From Chiloscyllium plagiosum (taxonomy: Eukaryota): a stretch of DNA of 56,222 nt. Location of the stretch: positions 85,774,387 to 85,830,608 of the forward strand of contig NC_057719.1 of assembly GCF_004010195.1 (NCBI RefSeq), read 5' to 3'. Below the pieces are notes generated by a model, which was not told where the DNA came from, did not search any database, and saw nothing but the letters and a program-made list of their open reading frames with translations. The translations under genes and the position numbers were made by a program. Below, in pieces: positions 10,985-22,759 of the stretch; the first letter of the stretch is position 1; each line of letters opens with the position of its first letter.

Positions 10985-13660
10985 CAAACCTGGAGTCAAT
11001 AGGAATCAGGGAGAAATTCTCAACTGGCCGGTGCTGCTAGCGAGTGAGGGTAGGAATAGGAGGAAAGAGCAGATGGCTGAGGAGCTGGTACATGGGAGAA
11101 GGATTCACATTTTTGGATCATTGGGATCTTCTGTGGGGTAGAAGTGACCTGTACAAGAAGGACAGATTGCACCTGAATTGGAAGGGGACTAATATACTGG
11201 CAGGGAGGTTTGCTAGAGCTGCTCAAGGGGAGTTAAACTATTATTGTGAGGGGGTGGGACCCAGGAGGATAGTGAGAAAGGAGATCAATCTGAGACAGGT
11301 GAGAAAAGAAGCGAGTCAAAAAGTCAGGGCAGGCAGGGACAAAGCAGAGAACAAGGGAGGACTGATAAATTAAACTGCATTTATTTCAATGTAAGAGACC
11401 TAATAGGGAAGGCAGATGAACTTGTGAAGATAGGTTAGGATCACAGGACTGGGATATCATAGCAGTTACAAAAACGTGGCTCAGGGATGGACAGGACTGG
11501 CAGCTTAATGTTCCAGGATACAAATGTTACAGGAAGGATAGAAAGGGAGGCAAGAGAGGAGGGGAGTGGCGTTTTTGAGAAGGGAGAACATTACAGCTGT
11601 GCTGAGGGAGGATATTCCCAGAAATACTTCCAGGGAAGTTATTTGGGTGGAACTGAGAAATAGGAAAAGGATAATCACCTTATTGGGATTGTATTATAGA
11701 CCCCCTAATAGTCAGCAGAAAATTGAGAAACAAATTTGTAAGGAGGTCTCAGTTATTTGTAAAGAAAAAGGGTGGTTATAGAAGGAGATTTTAACTTTCC
11801 AAACATTGACTGGGACTGCCATACTGTTAAGGGTTTGGATGGAGAGGAATTTGTTAAGTCTGTACAAGAAAATTTTCTGATTCAATATGTAGATGCACCT
11901 ACTAGAAATGGTGCAAAACTCTTCAGAAATAAGGCAGGGCAGGTGATTGAGGTGTCAGTGGAGGAGCACTTTGGGGCCAGCAACCATAATTCTATTCGTT
12001 TTAAAATAGTGATGGAAAAGGATAAACCAGATCTAAAAGTTGAAGTTCTAAATTGGAGAAAGGCTAATTTTGATAGTATTAGGCAAGAACTTTGAAAAGC
12101 TGATTGGAGGCAGATGTTTGCAGATAAAGAGACGCTGGAAAATGGGAAGCCTTCAGAAATTAGATAACGAGAGTCCAGAGACAGTATATTCCTCTTAGGG
12201 TGAAAGAAAGGCTGGTAGGTGTAGGGAATGCTGGATGACTAAAGAAGTTGAGGGTTTGATTAAGAAAAAGAAGGAAGCATATGTCAGGTATAGACAAGAT
12301 AGATCAAATGAATCCTTAGATGAGTATAAATGCAGTAGGAATATACTTAAGAGGGAAATCAGGAGGGCAAAAGGGAGGCAGGAAATAGCTTTGGCAAATA
12401 GAGTTAAGGAGAATCCAAAAGGATTTTACAAATACAATAAGGACAAAAGGGTAACTAAGGATAGAATAAGGCCCCTCAAAGATGAGCAAGGTAGCCTTTG
12501 TGTGGAGCTGCAGGAGATGGGGGAGATACTAAACGAGTATTTTGCATCAGTGTTTACTGTGGGAAAGGACATGGAAGATTTGGATGTGGGCATAAAAGGT
12601 ATGCTTAGTAAGTTTTGGACAGCGAAGAAGGTTACCTCAGATTGCAACAGGATCTTGATCAGATGGGCCAATGGTCTGAGAAGTGACAGATGGAGTTTAA
12701 CTTAGATAAATGCAAGGTGTTGCATGTTGCGAAAGCAAATCTTAGCAGGACTGACACAGTAAATGGTTAGGTCCCAGGGAGTGTTGCTGACAAAGAGACC
12801 TTGGAGTGCAGGTTCAGAGCTCCTTGAAAGTAGAGTTGCAGGTAGATAGGTTAGTGAGCAGAGAGTGTTCAGCAGGAGAAGATAAAAGGTAGGGAGGAGG
12901 GACTTGGAGGAGGGGAGTTGGATAGGTTAGTGAAGAAGGCGTTTGGTATGCTTTCCTTTATTGGTCAGAGTATTAAGTACAGGAGCTGAAAAATGTGTTG
13001 CTGGAAAAGCGCAGCAGGTCAGGCAGCATCCAAGGAGCAGGAGAATCGACGTTTTGGGCATAAGCCCTTAAATACAGGAGTTGGGAGTCATGTTGTGGCT
13101 GTACAGTACATTGGTTAGGTCACTGTTGGAATATTGCGTGCAATTCTGGTCTCCTTCCCATCGGATGGATGTTGTGAAACTTGAAAGAGTTCAGAAAAGA
13201 CTTATAAGGATGTTGCCAGGGTTGGAGGATTTGGCCTATCGGGAGAGGTTGAATAGGCTGGGGCTGTTTTCCCTGGAGCTTCAGAGGCTGAGGGGTGACC
13301 TTATAGAGGTTTATAAAATCATGAGGAGCATGGATAGGATAAATAGACAAAATTTCTTCCCTCCGGTGGGGGAGTCCAGAACTAGAGGGCATAGGTTTCG
13401 GGTGAGAGGGGAAAGATATAAAAGAGACCTAAGAGGCAACTTTTTCACACAGAGGTGGTATGTGTATGGGATGAGCTGCCAGAGGTAGTGGTTGATTTAA
13501 AAGGCATCTGGATGGGAATGTGAATAGGAAGGCTTTGGCGGGATATGGGCCAGGTGCTGGCAGGTGGGACTAAATTAACTCAGGATATCTGGTCGGCATG
13601 GATGAGTTGGACTTAAGCGTCTGTTTCTATGATGTACATCTCTATGACTCTATGACTAGC
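10985..13660 (+). mobile_element. CR1 LINE (ORF1 esterase end, APE endonuclease, deleted RT core, 3' end)
   Basis: ORFs show FLDHWDLLWGRSDLYKKDRLHLNWKGT (ORF1), YYRPPNS and GDFNFPNIDW (APE), and YCVQFWSP. The end has an (ACTCTATG)n tail. Confidence 0.95.
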
Positions 13661-14099
13661 CATCCTGACTTGAAAATATATAGCCATTTGACACTATGGG
13701 TCTACATACAACACATTGATTCAAGAAGGCAGCTTATCAACATCTTCTCAGGGGTAACTAAGTGAGGGCGGTCTATGCTGACACGACCAGTAACATTTGC
13801 ATCCCATAATTAAATGAGTAATATTAATTGTTGATACTGACTTCTCACTTCCACACAGTCATGTGCTATCTGAAGGGTCATCCAGTACAGAGACTTTGCT
13901 GATGATCAGGAGTATGATGACTAAAACAAATCAACCTGGTGCTTTTTACCCCACCACAAAATGTTTCCTGAATATCTCTTTCCATCCTCTCAGCTCTCGC
14001 AACAAGTGACTGAGACTGTTTCCACACTTGTTAAGCAAACTGGTCTTTTTTACCCCATGGAGGTAAACTGTCTCTTTAGCTTGGCACCATATTCCTGAT

Positions 14100-14280
14100 C
14101 AGGCCGCATCCAAAGAACAGGAGAATCGACATTTCGGGCATAAGCCCTTCTTCCTGAAGAAGGGCTTATGCCTGAAACATCGATTCTCCTGCTCCTTGGA
14201 TGCTGCCTGACCTGCTGCGCTTTTCCAGCAACACATTTTTCAGCTCTGATCTCCAGCATCTGCAGTCCTCACTTTCTCCT
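14100..14280. mobile_element. Palindromic short Penelope-pLTR-derived element
   Basis: Exact 14-bp TSD ACCATATTCCTGAT at 14086-14099 and 14281-14294. The arms are inverted about ~14152. Confidence 0.9.
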
Positions 14281-14734
14281 ACCATATTCCTGATGGCTTA
14301 TCCCGCTCATTTTCTTCTACACTGCTATCCTGTCCGGCTCATTTCTTTCCTGAGTCTGGATTCTGCTTCCTCAATCAAATTCCAACATTTTACCTACTGT
14401 CTAATTTCATTTCATCTCCATTGCAAGCTACTCACTCTTATTGACCTCAAAGCCTTCACTTCCAAACTAGCATCTTCAGACCCTCTCTAACAAAATCCTC
14501 AATCCATCTGTCATCACAATTTCACAATCAATAAACTCCTTTCCTTAATTCATGAGTGTTGCTAGCAAGGCCATTCTTTATTGTATCTGAATTGAATAGC
14601 TTGCTAGGGACATGTCAGAGAGCCTAAGAGTCATAAACTCTTAGAGTTGTACAGCATGATTCTTCAGTCCAGCTCATCCATGTCAACCAGATATCCTAAA
14701 TTAATCTAGCCCCATTAGCCAAAATTTTTATCTT

Positions 14735-15158
14735 TATTCGTTCATGGGTTGAGGGAGTCACTGGCTTGGCAGCATTCATTGTCCATCCCTAATTGCCCAG
14801 AGGGCAGTTAAGAATCAACTACATTGCTGTGGTTCTGGAGTCACATCTAGGCCAAACCAAGTATTGTCCATCCCTAATTGCCCAGAGGGCAATTAAGAAT
14901 CAACTACATTGCTGTGGTTCTGGAGTCACATCTAGGCCAAACCAGTTTCCTTCCCGACAGGGCATTAGTGAACAAGATAGGTTTTTCCAACAGTTGACAA
15001 TAGATTCATGGTTACCATTAGACTCTTAATTCTAGTTTTTTAAAATTGAATTTAAACTCCACCATTTGCAGTGATGGGATTTGAACCCGGGTACCCAGAA
15101 TGTTATCTGGGTGTCAAGATTAAAAGCCCAGTGATAATACCACTAGGCCATAGCCACC
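14735..15158 (-). mobile_element. SacSINE1/DeuSINE-like tRNA SINE with internal tandem duplication
   Basis: Minus-strand tRNA head (TAGTGGTATTATCACTGG..GGGTTCAAATCCC), central ATGTGACTCCAGA..CACAGCAATG domain and a LINE-like tail. An 85-bp duplication starts at 14778 and 14863. Confidence 0.75.
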
Positions 15159-15159
15159 C

Positions 15160-15715
15160 TGTGGGTGTGTGTTCCACTAAACCCTTCTTATTCGGATATT
15201 CATCCAGATGTGTTTTCAATACTGCAATTGTACCAGCTTCCACCATTTCCTCTTGCAGCTCATTTCGTACATGCACCACCCACTGCATGAAAAAGTTGCC
15301 CTTTAAGTCCCTTTTACATCCAGGCCCCTCACGACTTTTATAAACTTCTATCAGGTCACTCCTCAACCTCCGATGCTCAAGGGAAAATAGTCACAGCTAT
15401 TCAGACTCTCCCTATCATTCAAACTCTCCAACCGTATCAATATCCTTAGAAATCTTTTCTGCACTCTCTCTCAAGTTTAACACACCATTCCTATAGCAGT
15501 GAGATCAAAATTGAATGCAGTATTCCAAAAGTGGCCAAACCAATTTCTTGTACAGCTGCAACATGACATTCTAACTCCCATACTGAGTGCACTGACTATT
15601 AAAGACCAGTGTACCAAATGACTTCTTCACCTTGGCTTCCTTGTCAAGGAACTATGAACTGGCAACCTTAGGTTTCTTTGTTTGGCAATGCTCCCCAATA
15701 GCCTAACATTAAGTG
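15160..15715 (-). mobile_element. CR1 LINE 3' fragment (tail continues at ~14620-14720)
   Basis: ORF 15103-15366 reads RSDLIEVYK..GNFFMQWVVHVRNELQEEMVEAG. Confidence 0.9.
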
Positions 15716-16239
15716 TATTGCTATGTCAATGAAATCGCTGTGAGTCTGGTGTCACATGTAGACCAGACCAGGGTAATGAGGGCAGATTCTCTGACCAGAA
15801 AGAGACAAAGGGCATTAACAAAGCAGTTATTTTTTTGCTCTGAGAACAACTAAAAAGGGTTTCATGGTCATTATCACAGTGAAGTTGAAATCATGTCTCC
15901 AGAGCATTAGCTTCAGGGTTTTAGGTTTCTACTCTCGTAGTATTTCAACTATGCCAGTAACTATGTCCCAACTATCAGGTTATCTGTCTGAAAATAACAA
16001 TTGACATCTTTCAGAGCACTAACGTTCAATTAATGCAAAGTATAGATCTTACTAACCTAAGCACAGTTTGACTACCCCATTGCAACACCAGAATACATCC
16101 TCACTCATCCCTCTTCATCTGCACCACTTCTGAGCACAGAGATGCTTTGATTCAACCAAAGTGATGAAAATGTGTCTTAGAAAAATAACAGCAGGGTAGA
16201 CAACTATGAAACCATGGAAATCAACCATCAAAGCAATTG

Positions 16240-16760
16240 TTTTTCATTCAGAGGATGTAAGTGTTGCTGGCTAGACCAGCATTTGTTGTAACTATCTAAT
16301 TGCCCTAACCAAGGTGGAAATGGACCGCTGTCATCCTTGCAGTTCAAGGTCTCCCACAATGCTGCCAATTGAGGAAATTTCAGAGATTTTGACTCCGCAG
16401 CACTGAAGGAATTGTGAGAAGTCCAAATCAATGCGAAGTTTCAAACTAGTTGGTGTGAAACTTGGCAGAGGGGGAAGACCTTGCAGATGGTCATGCTCCC
16501 ATTCTTCTCCTACCCTTGTTCATCTAAACAGCAGAAATTGCAGCCTTGGAAGATACTGTTGGAGAAGTTTGGGTGAGTTGCTGCAATGTACCTTCAAGTT
16601 GCTACATATTGCTGTCTCTGTGCATCAGTGATAAAGAGAACGGACATTGAATGAGAGGATGCAGCACCATTCAAGTGGATTACTTTGTCCTGGTTGGTGT
16701 CAAACGTCTTGAATGATACCCATCCACACAATGCTATTTGGGTCATGACTTGTGTCTCTA
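16240..16760 (-). mobile_element. CR1/L2-group LINE 3' fragment (family sharing its tail with the SacSINE1-like SINE)
   Basis: The tail GCTGGCTAGACCAGCATTTGTTG..CTAATTGCCC matches the SINE tail at 14740-14800. A related + copy lies at ~46140-47110. Confidence 0.65.
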
Positions 16761-16764
16761 GAAT

Positions 16765-16956
16765 TCTACTGGATCATAAGGCTTCTCCCTCATTACATGG
16801 AAGCAACTGGTGGTGGTTTAACCTGAGGATCAGCAGGCAAGGGAGAAGGTGGAGAAGCTGAACCCTTCACAGTAATCTCAGTGGGTGTCAGAAGTGAGCC
16901 AGCATCGTTAGTATCACTCTGCGTTACAAACCAGCTTCCAGCCAACTGAGATAACC
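16765..16956 (-). mobile_element. tRNA-derived SINE (same family as 42930-43156)
   Basis: Minus strand reads GGTTATCTCAGTTGGCTGGAAGCTGGTTTGTAA..CTCAGGTTAAACCACCACCAG. Confidence 0.7.
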
Positions 16957-18636
16957 AAAGAAGATCACAAAGAACTGGAAGGAGGTGCATATTTTTAAAC
17001 TTTTGATTATATGAATTGGTTCCTCCCCTTACCTTAAACTATCAATTTTTCAGCACATGAGAAAGAGCTGATTGATGAGAAAAGGTGAACAGTTCTACTT
17101 TCCACTCTCAAAACTCCAACTTTTGGTAAGTATTTCAAAAGTAAGTTTAGGTTATGTCAGGACAGCTCAGCTATGTGGAATGCCAAGCCTGTGACATTCA
17201 GAGAGTTGTTGACAAATCACATGACCTAGATGTGCTCTGTGCAGAAAGTGGCAGAAACATGAGCTCTGGGTTTCAGAGCTCAAGTGGAAGCACAGTTGGG
17301 GAGGTGATCCCATTGCAAGGTAGGAACATGTGGGCAAAGAGGGAATGAATAATTCCAAGACAGTCCAAGAGAACCAGGCAGGGTGATGCAGGACTCCCCA
17401 GAGAAAAGTGTGCTCACTAATCAATTTGTCATTCTGGAGACTGGTGAAAGTAATGGTGCCTTTCAGAGTGCAGCAAGAACCAAACCCATGGAACTGCATG
17501 TAGCTCAGCTGGAAAGGAGGGAAGGAAGAACCATTAATTCAGGGAAAAATCAGATGTAGCTGAGGAAGTAAACCTGATCCCAAAATCTACAGTGCCAGAG
17601 TAAATGATGTCACAGAGCAGCATCAGAGCACCAATGATGTAGGTGAGAAAAGGATGTGGTCCTGCACTCAGAATGTAGGGAGTTATGTAAAAAAAAATGT
17701 AAGGACCATAAAGGTAGCAATCTCTGGATTGCTCCAGACACCATAAGCACGTAAACAGGGAAATAACAAGATAAGACAAATGAGTAGGAAGCTAGAAAGA
17801 TGTTGTCAAGGGAGGGCTTAGATTCTTTGGATATTGGGACTGTATTTCTGTATTAGAGAAAGAGAATGTCCTATACAATTCAAGGACAGCATCAATTTAG
17901 CTACAGCAAAGCAAAAATGAAGTGCAATGACATTGGTTGGTATAGCCTATATACCACCAACTAGTAGGAAACCTTTCAAAAAAAAATTTGCAAGGCAGTG
18001 ATAGAGCAGTACAAATATTTTGGTATAATATGGGACTTATTTGAATGTTACCTACATGAATGTCAAGGATAAATGGTGCAAACATCCTTACTTTGTGTGC
18101 AGGGGATTTTTCTGCACTAGCTGTCCAGATCAATAAGAAATGATGTACCAAAGTACATAGTTCTTCAGATGAGGTAGGCTAAGTAGCTCAAATGTCATTG
18201 GGAGAGCATTTAGAAGATTGATTACTGCACCATGAGGTTTAGAGTATTGATGGGAAGAGTAATGAATAATGCAGAGTAACACAGACTCTTTTCCATCTGA
18301 AATTCTTTGCATGACTTGAAATTGCTGCTAGAACAATGCCTATGAATTATCATTTTATTATTACACTGTAATTTGTACTTCTTATGCACTTTATGCTGCT
18401 CTTTGTATTATCGTGTAGTTTGTGCTGTCCATGTAGCACCTTGGCCCTGGAGGAACACTGTCTTGCTTTTTACTGTATCAGTTGTATATGGTAGAAATGA
18501 CAAATAAAATCTACTCTACTCAACTCTAGTAGACTGCCACCTAAGGTTGCTGGGAAGAGCTGAAGCCAAACAATGGGACTACCTTCAAAAAAGAGATGGT
18601 TTAGCCAAGGTAAAGATATATTCCCTTAAAAACAGA

Positions 18637-18962
18637 AATCATAGAATCCCTACAATGGAAGAAGACCATTCAGCCCATCAAGTCTGCGCTGACCCTCTGA
18701 AGATCATCCTACCCATCTTGTAATCCTAAATTTCTCATGGCTAATCCACCTAGCTTGCACATCCCTGGACACTATGGACAATTTGGCATGGCCAATCCAC
18801 CTAACCTACATCTCATTTGGACTGTGGGAGGAAACCAGTGCACCTGTAGAAAACTCACATTGTCACGGGGAGAGTGTGCAATCTCCACATAGACACTGGC
18901 CCGAAGATGGAAAAGTACTGCTGTGAGGCAGCAGTACTAACTGCTGAGCCACCATGTTGCCC
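18637..18962 (-). mobile_element. HE1-like V-SINE
   Basis: The minus strand starts GGGCAACATGGTGGGCTCAGCAGTTAGTACTGCTGCCTCACAGC and carries the V-domain and CR1 tail. Confidence 0.9.
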
Positions 18963-20879
18963 TGTAGGGCAAGAAAGGTAAGAAAAATAGAGAGATACCA
19001 GGATGAAAAAAGAGAAGATAAATGAGGAAAATTGTTCTATGGTACATATCAAGTGGAAAATATAATCAAAAACAAATCTGAATATAAAATGTTTAGAAAG
19101 GAAATGAAAAAGCAAAAGGAAAGCAATTGATTACAATAAGATACTGACAGCTAGCAAGAATGAATCCCAAAATCTTCTTTCAGCATATCAGATATAAAAG
19201 GGTGGTAAAAATAGTAGTAGGTCAATGAAGAAATAAAAAGGAGAACGCTACATGCAGGGGCATGACTGAGGTATTAACTGAATACTTTGCACATGTCCTG
19301 GAAGCAGATGCTACCAAGGTCATGCTGATGGAGAAAGACATTCAACTACTTGGATGGTCCAAAATTGAAAGTGAGGAGGTATTGGTTAAGGGTCAAGAAC
19401 TTAAGGCACCAGGACCAAATGAGATGTATCCAAAGAAATTGAAGGAAATGAGAGTGGGAATTTTGGAGGGACTGACTATAATTTTTAAACTTCCTTAGAC
19501 TCAGACATGAAGACAGTGAACTGCCAAATCACAATTGTCACCTTTTGTTCAAGAAAGGGGATACAGATGAGCTTAGCAATTCCAGACCAGTCAGTTTAAT
19601 TGGTGGGAAAACTCCTAGAAATGAGAATTTATGATAAAATCAATAGTCACATGGACCTATGGAAGTTAATTAAAAAGAGCCAGTACAAATCTCTGAAGGG
19701 GAAGTTTCTTCATTAATTTGGTAGAGTTTTGTTTTGAAGAAGTAACAAAGAGCATTGAGAATGATGTTCCTCTTGCTGTGGTGTGTATGGACTTCTAGAA
19801 GGCATTGATAGAATACTGCACAACAAACTTCTGTGCAATGTTAAAACTCAGAGAGTAAAATGGATGGTAGTAATATGATATATGAAATTGAATGGTAAGA
19901 AATGGAGAGTTCTAGTTAATGGAGTTTTTCAGGACTGGAGGAAGGTTTGTTATGGAGTTCTGAAGGGATTGGTAATGAGACATTTGGTTTACCTGATATA
20001 TTCATAAGTAATAAAGATATAGATTTCGAAGGCCTATTTCCAGGTTTGCTTGTGATACGAAGCTCAGGACCATTATAAATTGTGAGGGGGAAGAGTAGAA
20101 CATTAAAAGGACTTTCACATTTGGTGGACTGAGCACATAGGCAGAAAATGCACTTTATCATGGAGAAGTACAAAGGAATACATTTTGGAGGAAAAGAAAG
20201 TTAGAGTATAAAATGAAGGATAGTATTTTAAGGCTCTGAAGAAATAGAGGGATCTGGGTTTAATATATATAGAGTCAAAGAAAGGTTGTAGGTCATGTGC
20301 ATTTAATAAAGCTTACAGTATCCTTAGCTTTATTCCTAGGGGCTAGAATGCAAGAACAAGGAGGTTACTCTTAACGTGAGTAAGACAATAGTTAGATTTC
20401 AGCTGGCCTTTTGTCTAATCAGGTAATCAGGAAAGCTCATGGAATGTTAGCCCTTATTTCAATGGGTTTGGAGTATAAGAGTACTGAAGTCTTACTGCAT
20501 CTGTGAAAGATGCTGGTGGTGAGACTACTTCTGGAATATTGTGAGTAGTTTTGCTCTCCTTATTTAAGGATAGATATTAAATATCAGAGGCAGTTCAGAG
20601 AAGGTTTACTGGGATGAACCCCAGTATGATGGGATTGTCTTATGGTTAGGGAAGAAAGTGAGGACTGCAGATGCTGGAGATCAGAGCTGAAAATGTGTTG
20701 CTGGAAAAGCGCAGCAGGTCAGGCAGCATCCAAGGAACAGGAGAATCGACGTTTCAGGCATAAGCCCTTCTTCAGGAATGAGGAAAGTGTGTCCAGCAGG
20801 CTAAGATAAAAGGTAGGGAGGAGGGACTTGGGGGAGGGGCGTTGGAAATGCGATAGGTGGAAGGAGGTCAAGGTGAGTG

Positions 20880-21791
20880 NNNNNNNNNNNNNNNNNNNNN
20901 NNNNNNNNNNNNNNNNNNNNNNNNNNNNNNNNNNNNNNNNNNNNNNNNNNNNNNNNNNNNNNNNNNNNNNNNNNNNNNNNNNNNNNNNNNNNNNNNNNNN
21001 NNNNNNNNNNNNNNNNNNNNNNNNNNNNNNNNNNNNNNNNNNNNNNNNNNNNNNNNNNNNNNNNNNNNNNNNNNNNNNNNNNNNNNNNNNNNNNNNNNNN
21101 NNNNNNNNNNNNNNNNNNNNNNNNNNNNNNNNNNNNNNNNNNNNNNNNNNNNNNNNNNNNNNNNNNNNNNNNNNNNNNNNNNNNNNNNNNNNNNNNNNNN
21201 NNNNNNNNNNNNNNNNNNNNNNNNNNNNNNNNNNNNNNNNNNNNNNNNNNNNNNNNNNNNNNNNNNNNNNNNNNNNNNNNNNNNNNNNNNNNNNNNNNNN
21301 NNNNNNNNNNNNNNNNNNNNNNNNNNNNNNNNNNNNNNNNNNNNNNNNNNNNNNNNNNNNNNNNNNNNNNNNNNNNNNNNNNNNNNNNNNNNNNNNNNNN
21401 NNNNNNNNNNNNNNNNNNNNNNNNNNNNNNNNNNNNNNNNNNNNNNNNNNNNNNNNNNNNNNNNNNNNNNNNNNNNNNNNNNNNNNNNNNNNNNNNNNNN
21501 NNNNNNNNNNNNNNNNNNNNNNNNNNNNNNNNNNNNNNNNNNNNNNNNNNNNNNNNNNNNNNNNNNNNNNNNNNNNNNNNNNNNNNNNNNNNNNNNNNNN
21601 NNNNNNNNNNNNNNNNNNNNNNNNNNNNNNNNNNNNNNNNNNNNNNNNNNNNNNNNNNNNNNNNNNNNNNNNNNNNNNNNNNNNNNNNNNNNNNNNNNNN
21701 NNNNNNNNNNNNNNNNNNNNNNNNNNNNNNNNNNNNNNNNNNNNNNNNNNNNNNNNNNNNNNNNNNNNNNNNNNNNNNNNNNNNNNNNNNN
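20880..21791. other. Assembly gap (N run)
   Basis: Run of Ns. Confidence 1.
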
Positions 21792-21855
21792 GAAAGAGGT
21801 CAAGGTGAGGGTGATAGGACAGACTGGGGTGGGGGCGGAGAGATCAGGAAGAAGA

Positions 21856-22023
21856 TTTCAGGGTGAGGACCAGTTCAGTCAGTCGAAGGAGGGTGTCTTT
21901 CAGGGTGAGGACCAGTTCAGTCAGTCGAAGGAGGGTGTCTTTCAGGGTGAGGACCAGTTCAGTCAGTCGAAGGAGGGTGTCTTTCAGGGTGAGGACCAGT
22001 TCAGTTAGTCGAAGGAGGGTGTC
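21856..22023. repeat. Tandem repeat, 4 x 42 bp
   Basis: Unit TTTCAGGGTGAGGACCAGTTCAGTCAGTCGAAGGAGGGTGTC starts at 21856, 21898, 21940 and 21982. Confidence 0.95.
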
Positions 22024-22571
22024 AGTGGAAGGGTACTGGTTGGTACGGCGGGAAAGGAAGAAGCGGAGGGCTTTGAGTCCTTCGTGATGGGGGATGGAGG
22101 TGTACAGGGACAGGATGTCCATGGTGAAGATAAGGCATTGGGGACCGGGGAAGCGAAAATCATGGAGGAAGTTTTCAGGAATGAGGAAAGTATGTCCAGC
22201 AGGCTAAGATAAAAGGTAGGGAGGAGGGTCTTATGGTTAATCAATTTGGGATTCGTCATTGGAATTTGAAGGCGATCTAATTGAGATATATAGGATGCTT
22301 GAGGAGATTGACAGAGTAAATACAGAGAGGATGATTCTCCTCATGAGACAGCACAGTCTCTGAATAAATGGGCTCCAATTTAAGGCTGAGGGAGGGATGG
22401 TTTTGTCTCTTAGAAGTTCAGAATCCTTGAAACTCCTTGCCAAAAGAGCTGTGGGCAGAGTCTTTGTCTATATCTAAGGTTGAGATAAGCACATTCTTGA
22501 GCATGTCGGAGAAAAGGCAGGCAAGTGGATGTGACAAATGTTGAACCAGCCTTATCCTACTGAATAGTGGA

Positions 22572-22759
22572 AGTGAGGACTGCAGATGCTGGAGAGTCAG
22601 ACTCAAAAAACATGGCGCTGGAAAAAGCACAGGAGGTCAGGCAATATCGGAGGAACAGGAACATTGCTGATGAAAAGCCAGTACCCGAAACATTGATTCT
22701 CCTGCTCCTGGGATGCTGCCTGACCTGCTGTGCTTTTTCTAGCACCACGCTTTTCAACG
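22572..22759. mobile_element. Short Penelope-pLTR-derived element with inverted arms
   Basis: TSD ACTGAAT(A/G)GTGGA at 22559-22571 and 22760-22772. A degenerate CTGATGA..GAAAC core starts at 22667. Confidence 0.8.

Larger units (their letters stand above)
20649..22227 (-). mobile_element. Young Penelope-like element, rearranged, spanning an assembly gap
   Basis: 12-bp TSD GTCTTATGGTTA at 20637-20648 and 22228-22239. RT motif MDILSLYTSIPHHEGL on minus. Hammerhead core on minus at 20748-20775. Confidence 0.85.

Noticed and set aside
20828..22008. Long ORFs of 311-383 aa
   Set aside because: Artefacts of translating through the N gap.
21856..22023. CRISPR-like array
   Set aside because: Head-to-tail repeats without spacers, derived from PLE RT sequence, in a eukaryotic genome.
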